This document shows positions 26,015 through 37,419 of a DNA stretch of 64,000 nt, one piece after another. The position numbers and the translations under genes are program-made. This DNA is from Amphiscolops sp. MND2022 (Eukaryota): the NCBI GenBank assembly GCA_964187785.1, contig OZ076409.1:41292001-41356000 (forward strand), in the 5' to 3' direction. Every line of letters starts with the position of its first letter. Positions within the stretch are counted from its first letter, which is position 1. Below the pieces are notes generated by a model. That model saw only the letters and a list, made by a program, of their open reading frames with translations, did no database searches and had not been told where the DNA came from.

Positions 26015-27970
26015 CGACAAAAAGCGCCCCCATTCTATAGTCATAAGCGCCTCGCTAAGTTTTGAACTGCTTTCATCGTCTCTAATTAAATCTAATTGAA
26101 GATGTTCAAACAAAATAATTCACTGGTAATGCCATGTTTAACATTTTCACATTTAACGAATTCCAATTGAAATCGACTTGAATCGTTAATATTGGCAAAT
26201 CTGTCAATAAAATGTAAATTATTTTCCGTCCATATTTCATATGGGAAAGAAAAAAATGAATCAGCCGATTTTTTCCCCATAATTTTCCCCAAATGTTCGA
26301 AATTTATACCTAACTGAAGGGTTTTACCCATAGAATTCAACGTAAAAACCGTTCAACAAGTGAAACATTCGTTGTCCAGTAGTAGGCTCTTCGAAAGAGA
26401 TAAATGCAATTTTTCAATTTAAAAAAGCTTCAAATCGACACCCGAAAAGCATAAAAACTTTTACAAACAAAAAACACAAACTTTTACAAATTTTAGCGAT
26501 TTTATGCAATTTGTCAAACATTCCAAAAATTTGGTGAATTAAAACGTTTAAACGAATTCGTTGTCCAATAGGCTTTTTGGGGATATAAAAGCAAATTCGT
26601 AACAGAAAATGGCAAAAAAGACCCAAAATAGTCGAAAAATTATTGTGAAAATATGAAAAAGTTAGTGACATAGTGCAACAATTGAATTCGTTGTGGAGTA
26701 GGCTTTTTAATAGATGAATGCAGAAGTTTTCATTAAAAATATGCCTTAGTTTGACACCAAAAAAGTAGAAAAATTGAAATTTTCTAAGCTTGAAAACATT
26801 CAAAGATGAAGAGACTAGCTATGCAGTGTTTTGTGGAGAGAGAGAGAGAGAGTTGCTGTTTTGCTTCAAATACATTTCAATGACTTCAATGAGTGGAGTA
26901 AAAATTATTTTCAACGTTTTTATGCAATTCTTGTGGAAAAATTTGAATCGTTTTGATCATAATCTGAAAAGGTGTTCAAAACAATAGCAGTCGACATCCA
27001 CTTGTTTTTTTGAAGACATATTTGCAAATCGGTGTTTGAAAAGAAAACTCAAATGACCTAAAAATTGTCAAAACATCGAAATTTTCGTTTTCGACAATTT
27101 CAGTGATTGTTTGTGTAAAGCTTCTTGAGTTTAACGGTTTTAAAAGTACAGAATACTTATCAAAGTATTCAATACGCCTTCAAAAGGAAAACTTGATAGC
27201 TTTCTAGGTAGAACAATATCTCAATGGCCCCAATCCCAAATGTTTTTCGAATTTCGTGTAATTTTAGAACTTTGCGAAATTTCGTATGCTAGAAGAATGA
27301 AAACTTTCAACAGCAAACAACTTCGTTGTACAGTAGGCTTTTTGGAACTGAATCGCAGTCTCGCGCTAGAAAAGACACAAAATAATCTCATAAAATTTTT
27401 CCAATCTTATGGACACTTTCAAATATAAATAAGAGAAATTGTGTATTTGAGAAATTTCAAAAAGGTGTAAACGATATAATTGGGTGTGCATTAAATTTTC
27501 AAAAAACTGATTTTGCAGTTTTGTATGTAGAAAAGTACCTCAGAATGACCATAAGTGATTGAAAAATCCAAAAGTTTTAGACGTTTTTTGCGAAGTTTGG
27601 TGAAATTTTTGAGCTACTTAATAGATTAGATTTTAGATTGGTGTAAAGATTCAATTTTTTCCTTTATAAAAATTTTTTCACTTGAAACTTCTTGACATTT
27701 TCATCGCTACTCTTGAGACTCGTAATTATGTCGTTGCTAGAACAGTTCGGACGGAAAATATCCCGCTGGTCAGCGGGCGCCTTGTTTCTTAAAGCAGCTA
27801 TTAGTGAATACGCTGTTTTAAAATGGACACTTGTTTTATTCAACTGGAGTTAGGAACTGGAGTCAGCAAGTTGGCGGAGGAAAAGAATGAGCAACTTCCA
27901 TGTAGCCTTTGATAGGGGCGCTTCTGACTGTGTATTTTGGGCGCCTTTGACTAGGGCGCTTTTGTCTGGT
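26015..27970. mobile_element. Old non-autonomous DNA element(s) with internal motif repeats
   Basis: Inverted gacaaaaagcgccc (26017) / gggcgcttttgtc (27955), and ttcgttgt.(c/g)agtaggct repeated at ~26367, 26555, 26684 and 27320. Confidence 0.35.
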
Positions 27971-28963
27971 AACTGTTATTGATGTATCCATGGAGCGTTC
28001 CTGTAAGTTATTATTCTAGTAAAGAGGTCATTTCTATTGATATCTATTCTCATCAGAAACTACGGACTGCAAAACAAAATCAAACCTTCCATTCATACTG
28101 ACAATGTTGAGTTTTGCATGTTTCGGTTAAATTCGACAGTATTATTACCGAAAGTAAAAATATTTTATATTGCTAAAACAATTTTGAACCAGTTTGATTC
28201 AACTGTCGCGGCATTTCAGATTCGAAATTTTAATTTGCGAAATTACTTCGGAAGAAATTCTAACAATGTTCCGGTGCCTCTTGCTTGGGGTTGATAAATT
28301 GCGCAATTTTACTGAGAGTGGTTTCTTTAGCGTTATCGCCTTCAATTCCTTTGGCCCATCGAGCGATGGTGTTTGAATTTCATATGACAGGCCACAAGTT
28401 GACCAACAGTGGATTAGCTGTTTACAGAAACATAGAAACCTTTTCATGCTTGAAACTATGTATGATTCACCCGCAATGCATTTCCATAAATTGGAACCGA
28501 AAAGGATTTTGTCAGCTAAACTCTCAGGATAATTATTCGTTTAAGAGTATTCTCCAAATCGATCCCAATTTCAACTTTTCTGGAATTTCTATTCTATTGC
28601 ACACAACATTCTAACACGGCATAAATGTAAAAAAACTACAAAAAGTCTCTAAATTAACATGTGAATGAAGTTTTACAGAATTTACGGCTAGTATCGTCAC
28701 CACAATAAATTTTTAAAAATGTAATCATAAGGTTAGCTATAAAAAGTTTGTTAGTTTTCAATGTTAATTTGTTCCATCATTTGATCAACGTGTATAATGT
28801 CTCCTCTGTCGTGCTGGGGTTCATGTAAAACAGTATAAGACCTAGTATCGTCGTTAATTTTTTCTCCAAACAACTGCTTCCACGAAAAGTTGATACTTCT
28901 GCATTATTTTAACAGCTGACGTTTAAAATTTTTTCATGATTTTATATCCAGATGTTACAATTT

Positions 28964-29480
28964 TCAGGTTTGGCTGATATCACAAATTGAACAGCGATTT
29001 CTGTTTATGACTGGACTGTTGCGCAATCGCCCGACAGGGCAATAATTTATCAAAACTTTTTGATCCCTTTCTGCGTTTGGGAACTTTGGAGCCCATAGTG
29101 ATTCTGGGAAGACAACTTTCTCTTCTCGCAAATTCTCCCATTTTGAAGTAGAACTGGAGCCCTGTGGCTTTTTAATACCGAGCCAGCTTCGCTCGCAATT
29201 AGGTATTTTCTCACAAAGCAGCTTCAACTGAATGTTACTAAGGTTGTACAACCGTTAGACTATTTGTTACAACTTTTCTTGATGTGCTCACGACAGGGAT
29301 CAAAATAGATCCTTGCCAATACCCTGGCTCAAAATACCCAGACCAAAATAACAAGTTATCCAATCATTCCGGTGACTGTGCTCACGACAGGGACCAAAAT
29401 TAAAATTAGTTAGGCAACTCAGGCTATTAATGAGGACTGCTTTGAAATTATGTTTTGTTAAAATAGGAAACCTGTTGACA
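28964..29480 (-). pseudogene. C-type lectin-like gene remnant (domain exon plus upstream signal-peptide-like exon)
   Basis: SWLGIKK...KWENLREEKVVFPESLWAPKFPN...GRLRN...CSICD parallels the 19834-20103 domain. An upstream segment after acceptor gtcaacag| gives a hydrophobic LVPVVST stretch. Confidence 0.5.
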
Positions 29481-30032
29481 GATCAATCAATTGTACTAAT
29501 TAGAAGCTACAAGGTATTTTATTTGCACGTAAATGCGTGGATGAAACACACGTGTTCACGTGTGCAACTTGCATGGAATGCAGTTTATACGTACTATGCA
29601 CGGTAGAGCTCAGTAATGATAACTAATTATTTATTGAATCATTGTTTACTTTGACTGGTTTATGATGCTGTGGTATGAATTAGAATTAAAATGAACACTG
29701 AGTTTTGAATGCATATAAACATGGTGTAAGTTAGTCAAAACTTTGACCACATTCCACTTTTCGGAAGTATAGGAGTCCCTCAATTTGCAAAAAGTGGAAG
29801 TTAGTCAACGTTTTGACTGACTTACGAAAAAGAGTATTTTTGGACTAACTTCCGCTTTTTTCTAATTACGTGTTTTGACTAACTTACACAATTTTCCATT
29901 ACGCGCGTTGATTTTGCTACACCGTTGAAGCATAGACCGTCTTGACTAACTTACGCTGAATGACCATTTTACCATTTTACTCAGATTACGCAGCTTGACT
30001 GACAGCAGCTTACCGGTACGTGTATCGTAATG

Positions 30033-30743
30033 GAAGCAAACCAATTCAAATGACTTTTGCGCATTTCTGTGCCACCATGCTCGGTGCACCCCCGTGCTCG
30101 GTGGCGTGAGAACGAGTTGACCCGTGCTAGTTGGTTTACATTACACCAATTGAGCAGGTTGCGACGCTGTTCTTTAATGCGGTCCCGGAGGTCCCACTTT
30201 CCCACTGTTCCTGGTTTTTCGGACCCTCTGCTCATTTGGGAGTTGTGTTCCCCTCCCGTACTAATAGGTTTTCTTGCAGCACTTTAGCAAGCAGATCTTC
30301 GACGTTCATTCTGTACGCCTCGATTGCCGTTTCTCCATGATTGCAACAGGCTGACAAACCGATAATAGTGTTAGTTTTTTGATCTGGATTCTTGCAGATC
30401 TTTCCTCGAAGTCCATTTTTTGGTTTTCCCTCACCCACTTGTCCAAGGCTGTGCCACCGAGAATGATACCACATTCAGGGGATTGGAAGACTGCCGTGGT
30501 CTCTTTTGAGATCCCATCGTTTTGACTCCCATCCTGTCTGTTGTCTGTCCTTCCAATTCGTTTGGTGTTGAAATCAACCGTGCTTTTCAGTTGTGCTTGG
30601 TCCGTACTCTTGTGGAAACCCACTGAAGCTTCCATGTCACGATTTGGATTTTGGCCTTCATTTCCTAATTGCTTTTCATCCTTCTCTTGGCTAGACGACG
30701 TTGCTGTTGGCTGCCCAGATGCGCTGCGACACACTGTAAAAGC
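30033..30743 (-). mobile_element. RTE-like LINE, 5' segment (APE endonuclease)
   Basis: GIILGGTALDKW..ERSARIQ..LTLLSVCQP, GGEHNSQM..VGKW..NLLNWCNVNQL..NSF. Putative TSD cttcaacagcatc (30744-56) vs ctttaacagcgtc (15248-60), 11/13. Confidence 0.75.
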
Positions 30744-30756
30744 CTTCAACAGCATC

Positions 30757-30804
30757 CTCACATCGGCTACTAGGTCGTAGTCATTGTCATCGTCGTCGTC
30801 GTCG

Positions 30805-30870
<66 letters not shown>

Positions 30871-31180
30871 TTGTTGTCTTCATTCCGTTGTTGAAACTGT
30901 GCTTCCAACTCAGAACGGATCTTACGGCGATCAATGAGAATCCCAAATGTTGCTTGGACATCCTCGAGTGGTTTAACGGCATGCTGGATTGCTGTTGCAC
31001 GTCTAGTGAGAATGCCACGAAGTTTATTTTCGATAGCTTCAGTTCAGGCAACTTCAACACACCTCCAGAGGAAACTGAACCTGCTTAACCTTCCGTCGTT
31101 AACATTGCGTCGATTTCACCAAAGTTCCGGGGTAGCTGCCAAAAGAGCTACAACGGGGGATCTGAAGAAAGAGTTTAACT
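30757..31180 (-). mobile_element. 5' gag segment of the interrupted BEL/Pao element
   Basis: RGILTRRATAI..LEAQFQQ..DYDLVADV joins across the LINE TSD to VFLAAEKAAK..KLPKL at 15247. The join is inferred. Confidence 0.5.
30781..30876. repeat. (GTC/ATC)n trinucleotide microsatellite (poly-Asp on the minus strand)
   Basis: About 30 tandem tcg/tca units, directly visible. Confidence 0.95.
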
Positions 31181-32820
31181 AAAAGGTTGAGAAAACTCAA
31201 CGATGGAGTTCACGCTTTTAAATAATGGGTCTTGTTTCAAAGCCAGAGGACTGTAATTGACAACACTTATTGCCGGTTTGAGTATGAATTTTCTTTCGAA
31301 AAAAAAAGATAGAACGGGGGAACTGGTTGTTAGAAGGTTGTTAGCTAGAAAATGAAGTTTTACAGTCAATATGACATTGAAAAGATCCCACCTGGTGGTT
31401 TACATATGTTTAGTGTACGTTTACATCACTTAGCAGTGATCGTTAGATGTTACACATGAAAATTGAGCAATATCAGGTCAAAAGTAAACAGCAATATTGG
31501 ACTCTTACAGGATTAGATTAACTGCTGAAAGAATAAAATGAGCAAATAAAACAAAAAGAAGGGCCGCCCCAGGCTCAAACTCGCGTATCGATTCGAACGT
31601 AAACACTGATCAATTAGGCAAATAGAAATAGCGCAACAATCTTGATGTAATACGCTAACACGCACCATGTAGTCTTTATATGACGATCCTGACATGCCAT
31701 CGTCACTCAAGCATACGGCCAACTTAAGGCGAACTTACGCCGAAAAACCAACATGCTTATTCACACCAGTAAAATAGCGCAATACTACTGGACAATGTCG
31801 TCACATAACGTGATCAACATTGGTATGAAAAGAGCAAGTGCTCAATAGTTCGCAATAGAAAAATTGTTACACTAATAGTTGACCACTACGTTACATTTTG
31901 GTTTTAACGAATTTCATACCTTTCAACACACAATGCTCTTAAAAGTCAATCATTACACTCTCACAACCTATTCTTTGATAGTTTTTAGTTAGAAAATCAG
32001 AAAATAGCAATGAGTACCTACAATGAGTGTGATCAAATTGTTTTCCATAGCCGTCGTCGGAGTGACGATATCCATGCTGAATTGATAACCAGCGCGAGTT
32101 TGTTCTCATTGAAAAGCGCGAGTTTGTTCTCTTTCTGTTTGTATCCTTCATTGAATACTGGTTGTTCCGTGACGTGCCAACAAAATTTTGCTGAAAAAAC
32201 CATTGTTAAACGATTTTTGGAGAATCATCTGATTACACTCGGTCCCTATGACAATTATGTACACCCAATTCTCAAACAGCAAGCGGTTACCTAACCTGTT
32301 ACTTAACCGGGGTTGCTATAAAATGTGTATCCTGGGGTGTCTTGCGAAATTTTTTTGCATACAACTCGCACTCGATGGCCAGCGCTTGTGAATCGCGATT
32401 AATCCCTGTGTCCGCAGCGCACGTGGTTTGAAGCCTATTTTAGACACCTACTTTGCAAAGAAGCAGAATGATTTTTTAAGAAATGTACGACGCTCGGAAG
32501 CTTTGAAGAACTTGTTTACTATGCTAAATTTCTGCAAATGAGAGTGTTGTGATCTCAAGGATCAATTTTTGATTCAAAACTTTTGATGAATTATGATTCT
32601 TGATTGCCACACAGCAATTTTTACAGAAAGACGAATCTACGTAAATTTGCGTTTCGTATTCCGATGTGTAGTACTAATCGCAATACGAGATACATGATTG
32701 ATAGGATATTGCTTCGAGCATATTACGATAAGCGTGATGGTGCTGTGATGGTCAGCGTGGGAATACTTATCACTTAGTTACTTCCCATGGAATTCCGTGG
32801 ATTGCTAATAGGTAATTGTC

Positions 32821-33114
32821 ATGGATGAGTCAAACAAGGATATGTACACGGAATTATATTCAAAAACTTCAACCCTGGCTTGCTAGGCAAAGTGACGTCA
32901 GTCCCAGTGGCAAGAGTCCCGAAACTGTTTATAGATAGTGAGCAAATGCATAAAAAACTACAGCAAAAATTAAAAGGAACTATAAAAGGAGAAGAAGCCG
33001 AACACCGCCTGTACCGATTGTTTACAGAACACTCTGGTTCAAAAAATGAATTCCTCACAAAAGTTGAACTTTTTCAACAAGTTGTAGCCTTCTTGAAAGA
33101 TGTTTTCGATAAAC
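32821..33114 (+). CDS. 5' exon of the NERD-nuclease/helicase gene (apparent 1-nt frameshift near 32860)
   Basis: Open frame 32829-33119 gives FKNFNPGLLGKV..VPKLF..KGEEAEHRLYRLF, a NERD-type G..(A/G)E helix. ATG 32821 joins it if one T is added. Candidate donor |gttgat at 33115. Confidence 0.55.
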
Positions 33115-33271
33115 GTTGATTTTGTTTTTTTTATGCTGAATTCAATAGGCAGCAGTACTTTTTCCTATCAACACATGAATGTCTAAAAATTTACACGAAG
33201 TCTATTACGGTGCGTTTCGGTTTATTAGCGTGATTTATCGTTGTCCTTCAAGACAAAAAATCATCACATTG

Positions 33272-33350
33272 CGCATTTTGAAGACGTCCCCATCATTCGT
33301 CTCTAATGGCCGCCATTAGAGACGAATGATGGGGACGTCTTCAAAATGCG
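33272..33350. repeat. Perfect 79-bp palindrome (39-bp arms, 1-nt centre)
   Basis: cgcattttgaagacgtccccatcattcgtctctaatggc-c-gccattagagacgaatgatggggacgtcttcaaaatgcg. Confidence 0.95.
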
Positions 33351-33380
33351 GCGAGAATTTTGAATTGAGCGGATCTTGAA

Positions 33381-34293
33381 TTGCGAGAATTCGATCAGGA
33401 CTTTGAGAAGATCTTGGAAGATAAAGTTTTGTTGAGGACCCAAACTTGGTTAAATTGTCCAAGGTTTTCAGAATTTTGCAGAAATTTTGTTATTTGGGAA
33501 GGAATACATTCGTGGTCGGCAAAAGGGGCGTTCAAAGATGAACCTGGAGTAATAATTTTCCCAAACTTTGATGGTTCCCACATTTTCAAATCCAAAGCTG
33601 CTTCGGTTGAAATCGACATGGCTCTCATTCATCCAACGAAAGGGGTTTTCGTATTCAATGTGAAAAACGAAGGTAGTTCCAAACAAGTTGACCGTGCCAA
33701 ACAATTGGCAGGAGTCAGGAAAGATATCAAGAAACACACGAATTTCATTCGCTTGCTGATTAACTACAAATCCAAAGCCGATCTTCCAATACACTCAGTC
33801 ATTTGTGATTTCGCGAGCGAAAACTCCAAATTAACTGAATTGAAGAACGAAGATTCCAGCGAAAAGATTATCGTTTTTTCAAAAGAGGAGCTGAAAAAAA
33901 GTAATTTCGTCAAATTCTGGAGCTCTAAACTTGCAGAGATTGGATGCAAAGCGAAGCCCAATGAGGTTGATTTGGTAGTTGCTCGTATGATAGCTCTTGC
34001 TTCGATAGAAGGAGCGGACGTTTTAATAGGTGAGAAGATGAAAAGAGGTCTGCTTCAATCCGTCTCTAAGATGGAACGTTTACAAACTCAGATGGAACGA
34101 TACGACGACGAGGAACTCAAGCAAAAAATTCCCAAACTCTCTGAAAATAAACCTTTGCAAAAGCATACTGGTGAACGCTCGAAAAAGGTTTTCATTCTCT
34201 GGAGCGCAGACCAATTGGAGGTTATTGGAAGAATATATGAACAAATATATCCGGAAAACAGAACGACCAAAGGAGCACGAATTCTAATCAATG
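33381..34293 (+). CDS. Main exon: NERD-like PD-(D/E)xK nuclease domain, linker and first residue of Walker A
   Basis: 308-aa ORF with GVIIFPNFD..VEIDMALIHPTKGVFVFNVKN (NERD-like EiD...GifviEvK), ending RILING. The 5' boundary is uncertain (acceptor candidates 33369, 33471, 33481). Confidence 0.75.
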
Positions 34294-34703
34294 GCAGGGT
34301 TTCCTAGCATGTCAATGAAACAACTTGCACCTTAACGTTTGGAAATGCAATAAGGAGTGGGTGCTAGGGTTGACCTATCATGCAAATCATCATATGTTCC
34401 TATATGTGGAAAGTAGTTGCCATACAAAAAAAACATTCTTTGTTCATGTCATGACTAAACAGTTTTCCATGAATGATCATTGTATGACATGCATGTTTTC
34501 CATAAAAATTTTAGTACTACTGTGTTCATTTCTAGGAAACCTTTCGAATAGTAACAGTCATCAGGTGTCATATTCACCTCCAGTATAGTAGAAAGAATAG
34601 ATTTAGGATCTTTGCAAATCCCGCTACTCCATTTTAGCTGTTAAAATTGCCCTTTTTGAAAACAATTTTTTGATATTTAATTTCTATGGAATCCTAACTG
34701 CAG

Positions 34704-34934
34704 GCGGTAAAGGCACAGGAAAAACAATGTTGCTAGTTTTCCTCGCCAAAATGGCAACAATAATGCTGGAGTCGGAACACGAAGTAGCCGAAGAACTTCA
34801 ACAACCCAAGAAAGAAAAGAACAACAAAAAGATGTCGACTTTGGTGAGTCACGGTAATCTCAGCTGTCGGAGTTTGACCACTGCACTCGAGGAAGCTCTT
34901 AAGGGTATTGACGTCACTGTGGAGGATCTAAAAC
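34704..34934 (+). CDS. Exon with Walker A (GGKGTGKT) and helicase motif Ia
   Basis: Branch-like ctaac and cag| acceptor at 34703. Translates to (G)GKGTGKTMLL..GNLSCRSLTTALEE. Donor |gttagt at 34935, phase 1. Confidence 0.8.
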
Positions 34935-35259
34935 GTTAGTCCGATACACGCATTTCTCTATGTTAAAGTCATCTAAATCAATCTACAGGGGTGTCGTTTT
35001 TGTGAGAAAAAGGTTAGTTCCGAATGAAAACTTGAAAACTTTGAAAAAATTCAACGTTTTGTGTTAATTATCGACATTTCGTTGAAAAAACCTTATTGCT
35101 GTATACAAAGTATGCAATGTACTCAGATTGTTGTTTCACTCAGTTGGTACACATACCCTCAAAATCCCAAAAACCTACAAAACTGATCGAAACCATCCAA
35201 AGCTAAAAGTTTAGTTTTCTGAAAAGCTAAAAGTTTTCTGAATTCGTTAAAGAAGGAAT

Positions 35260-36320
35260 GCTACTAACTTTTGTGGATACTGTTGTTCTTAATTTCGGTG
35301 GATACTGATACCCACGAAAACAATCAACATGACCCCATTGATCATCACGAATCTTTCCGCTCGAACTATTTTAGCGACGACGCACGTTTACTGCTCGAGC
35401 GTAGCCAGTAAATTACGAGAAGAACTTAGAAAAAAACTTTGACAGGTCTTGGTTCATCTTGCCGTTCTTGAAAACCTATACTCCTTACTCAAGTGTATGA
35501 AAAGTATGCTAAAGCGGCAAGTGAGTATGCAAACTACAGCACCAATCTAACTGCCAAGTGGTTATATACAGTCCGCATAAAGCTTTGATTTGGTAGTGAT
35601 TACTAAAGCGAGCTTAATCTTTTATCCTACACAGAGGCTTGAGCTCTAACCACTACAATATGCTATTCAAACACTAAACTATGAAGCGAGCTTCATAAGT
35701 TATTCTACGCAGAGGCTTGAGCTCTAACCACTACAGTATGCTATTCAAACTGTTGCTTCATTTTTTGGATCATTCACACGTTTTTGAATAACTTGAAAAC
35801 TTTTGAAAAAGTGTGTTTGCTTTTGGAGTGACAACTGCAACACGCAGTCGTAATTGCGCTATAATCAACACCTGAAGCAACAACCAACCAGAAAGCAATA
35901 ACTAATGACGCATAAGAAAAGTGAGTACTCGCAAAGGATACGATCGAACTTCAGTAAGATTTTGGTTACCATACTGTGCGGATTCTATCAACATAAATAC
36001 TCTACAGGCTTCCAACGTTTTTCATTTTTTAAACAATTTCTTTTGACATAATCTCAATTCAACTCTTCAGACTCAAAGACTTCCCTTCATGGTGATCACC
36101 AGAGCTCAAACTACAACTAACGCCCAAGCCAAAAAAACCAACATGAAAGATTATAGCGATAAAGAAAGTGATATCAGTTTGCCCGAACTCAACTCACACA
36201 ATTTAATTGCTGGAAACAGTAGTCATCACTCTAATGAGTAGGAAAGAGATCATGAACTAACAAGCCTAGTTATAATATTGACAGAAAAGGTTGCCTCAAG
36301 TAAGAGGGAAGAGAATGACT
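35260..36320 (+). mobile_element. Gypsy-like LTR retrotransposon fragments (internally deleted), including a 2x ~77-bp tandem repeat at 35600-35755
   Basis: gaaagtgatatcagtttgcccgaactcaactcac matches the reverse complement of 55600-55680. The class is assigned from general resemblance only. Confidence 0.4.
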
Positions 36321-36808
36321 CTTGCTAGTGTGAAACGCTGAGTGTCTCTATCAACTTTTTGGGCTTTCACGCTTTCAAAACCTTCGGAAAAGTGCAGAAA
36401 GTGTTCGAAATTTATTTTTTCACTTGTAGGCGTTTTGATGATTAAATTTCCGATGAACTCTATGGATATTCATACCAACAACAATTGTTGATAGGAACTT
36501 GAAACCGTCGAAAACTTGCATTTTTAGTATTTCTCTTTGCTTTTTTTTGATGTTCGATGCTTTTTTCATGACAAAAACCGCTTTTTGGAAATAAAGAACT
36601 AAAAGGTGTGTAATTTTTCTTGTCGCTTGCAATTTGTGCCTGGGGACAACTGAAAATTCGAGAAGCTGATAAAGAGTCAGTGCGTGAAGATACAGTGAGA
36701 TAAATGTGTGGCGGATCACATCGCATCAAACAAGTGCAAGAGGGATCGCAGGACCCACATCGGACACACCAGTCAAAAGATACAGTCCTTTAAAACAAGA
36801 AAAATAGG

Positions 36809-37204
36809 CATTACGATACATATGCCGCAAAAGTGGAAATTATCATCAAGTGTACAATGTATTTTCCGTAAAACGAGAGCGAACCGTATTCTAGTCAAAC
36901 AGTGCATTGTGTTCATCGCGGATTGTGATGCACAGTGTAATCAGAGTTTCGGTACACACCGTGAGTAAAATTAACACCAAACGATGCTTTTATTCGTGTG
37001 TGAAGTGGAAACCAGTCTAAGTTTGTAATTGCAGAGAGTGTAAAGTCGTCATTTACTGTATTTGGATCACTACGCGTAACGCCAAATCACACAGTGTAAC
37101 GAGCAAAACACGTAACGCGTATTTAGAATAATAACGCATTTTCATTGACTGTTATTCGAACTAGCAAGATTTTGCTAGTTCGTTGCGGCATATGTATCGT
37201 AATG
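36809..37204. mobile_element. 396-bp MITE of the CATTA family, inserted in the 5' LTR
   Basis: Perfect 22-bp TIRs cattacgatacatatgccgcaa / ttgcggcatatgtatcgtaatg, 2-bp TSD GG, and a subterminal hairpin gaactagcaagattttgctagttc shared with 17821-46. Confidence 0.85.
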
Positions 37205-37419
37205 GGATTTGTTCAGGAACGGTTCACAGTACTAAGTAACGGATCAGCGCGGCGTAAAGCTTGTCAAGCCTCAGCGCAGGATAAGGGCAACCGGCCGTTA
37301 CTTTTGGTCCACCGACACGGACTGGAAGAAGACGAGGACGAAGACGACTCGTTCGTGGACAACTGAAGAAGATTGCCCTAGTAAAGTAAGTGTCTATCTC
37401 ACAGAGGAGCTTGTGCTAC

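Larger units (their letters stand above)
17799..30032. mobile_element. 12.2-kb non-autonomous DNA transposon with CATTACG termini (CMC/EnSpm-CACTA-like), carrying gene fragments
   Basis: 22-bp TIRs cattacgatacacatgccggta (17799-17820) / taccggtacgtgtatcgtaatg (30011-30032), 20/22 match. 2-bp TSD GA (17797-98, 30033-34). Subterminal gacta(a/g)(c/t)ttac repeats at both ends. The flanks rejoin into a continuous LINE endonuclease frame. Confidence 0.8.

Noticed and set aside
22344-26856. (CT)n/(GA)n runs at ~22344 and ~26836
   Set aside because: These are short ordinary microsatellites with no further structure.
12690-31870. 12690-12840 and 31740-31870 as the paired LTRs of the nested Pao element
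   Set aside because: Position and orientation would fit, but identity is low, and I found no TG..CA ends, PBS or PPT. A dispersed repeat is more likely. Unresolved without alignment.
33115-33209. 34-nt intron plus 61-nt micro-exon in the nuclease gene
   Set aside because: The phases available from upstream GT donors lead to in-frame stops.
34844-34849. Strong GTGAGT donor as the end of the Walker A exon
   Set aside because: It is phase 0, incompatible with the phase-1 acceptor at 54180, and it would remove motif Ia. An alternative isoform cannot be excluded.
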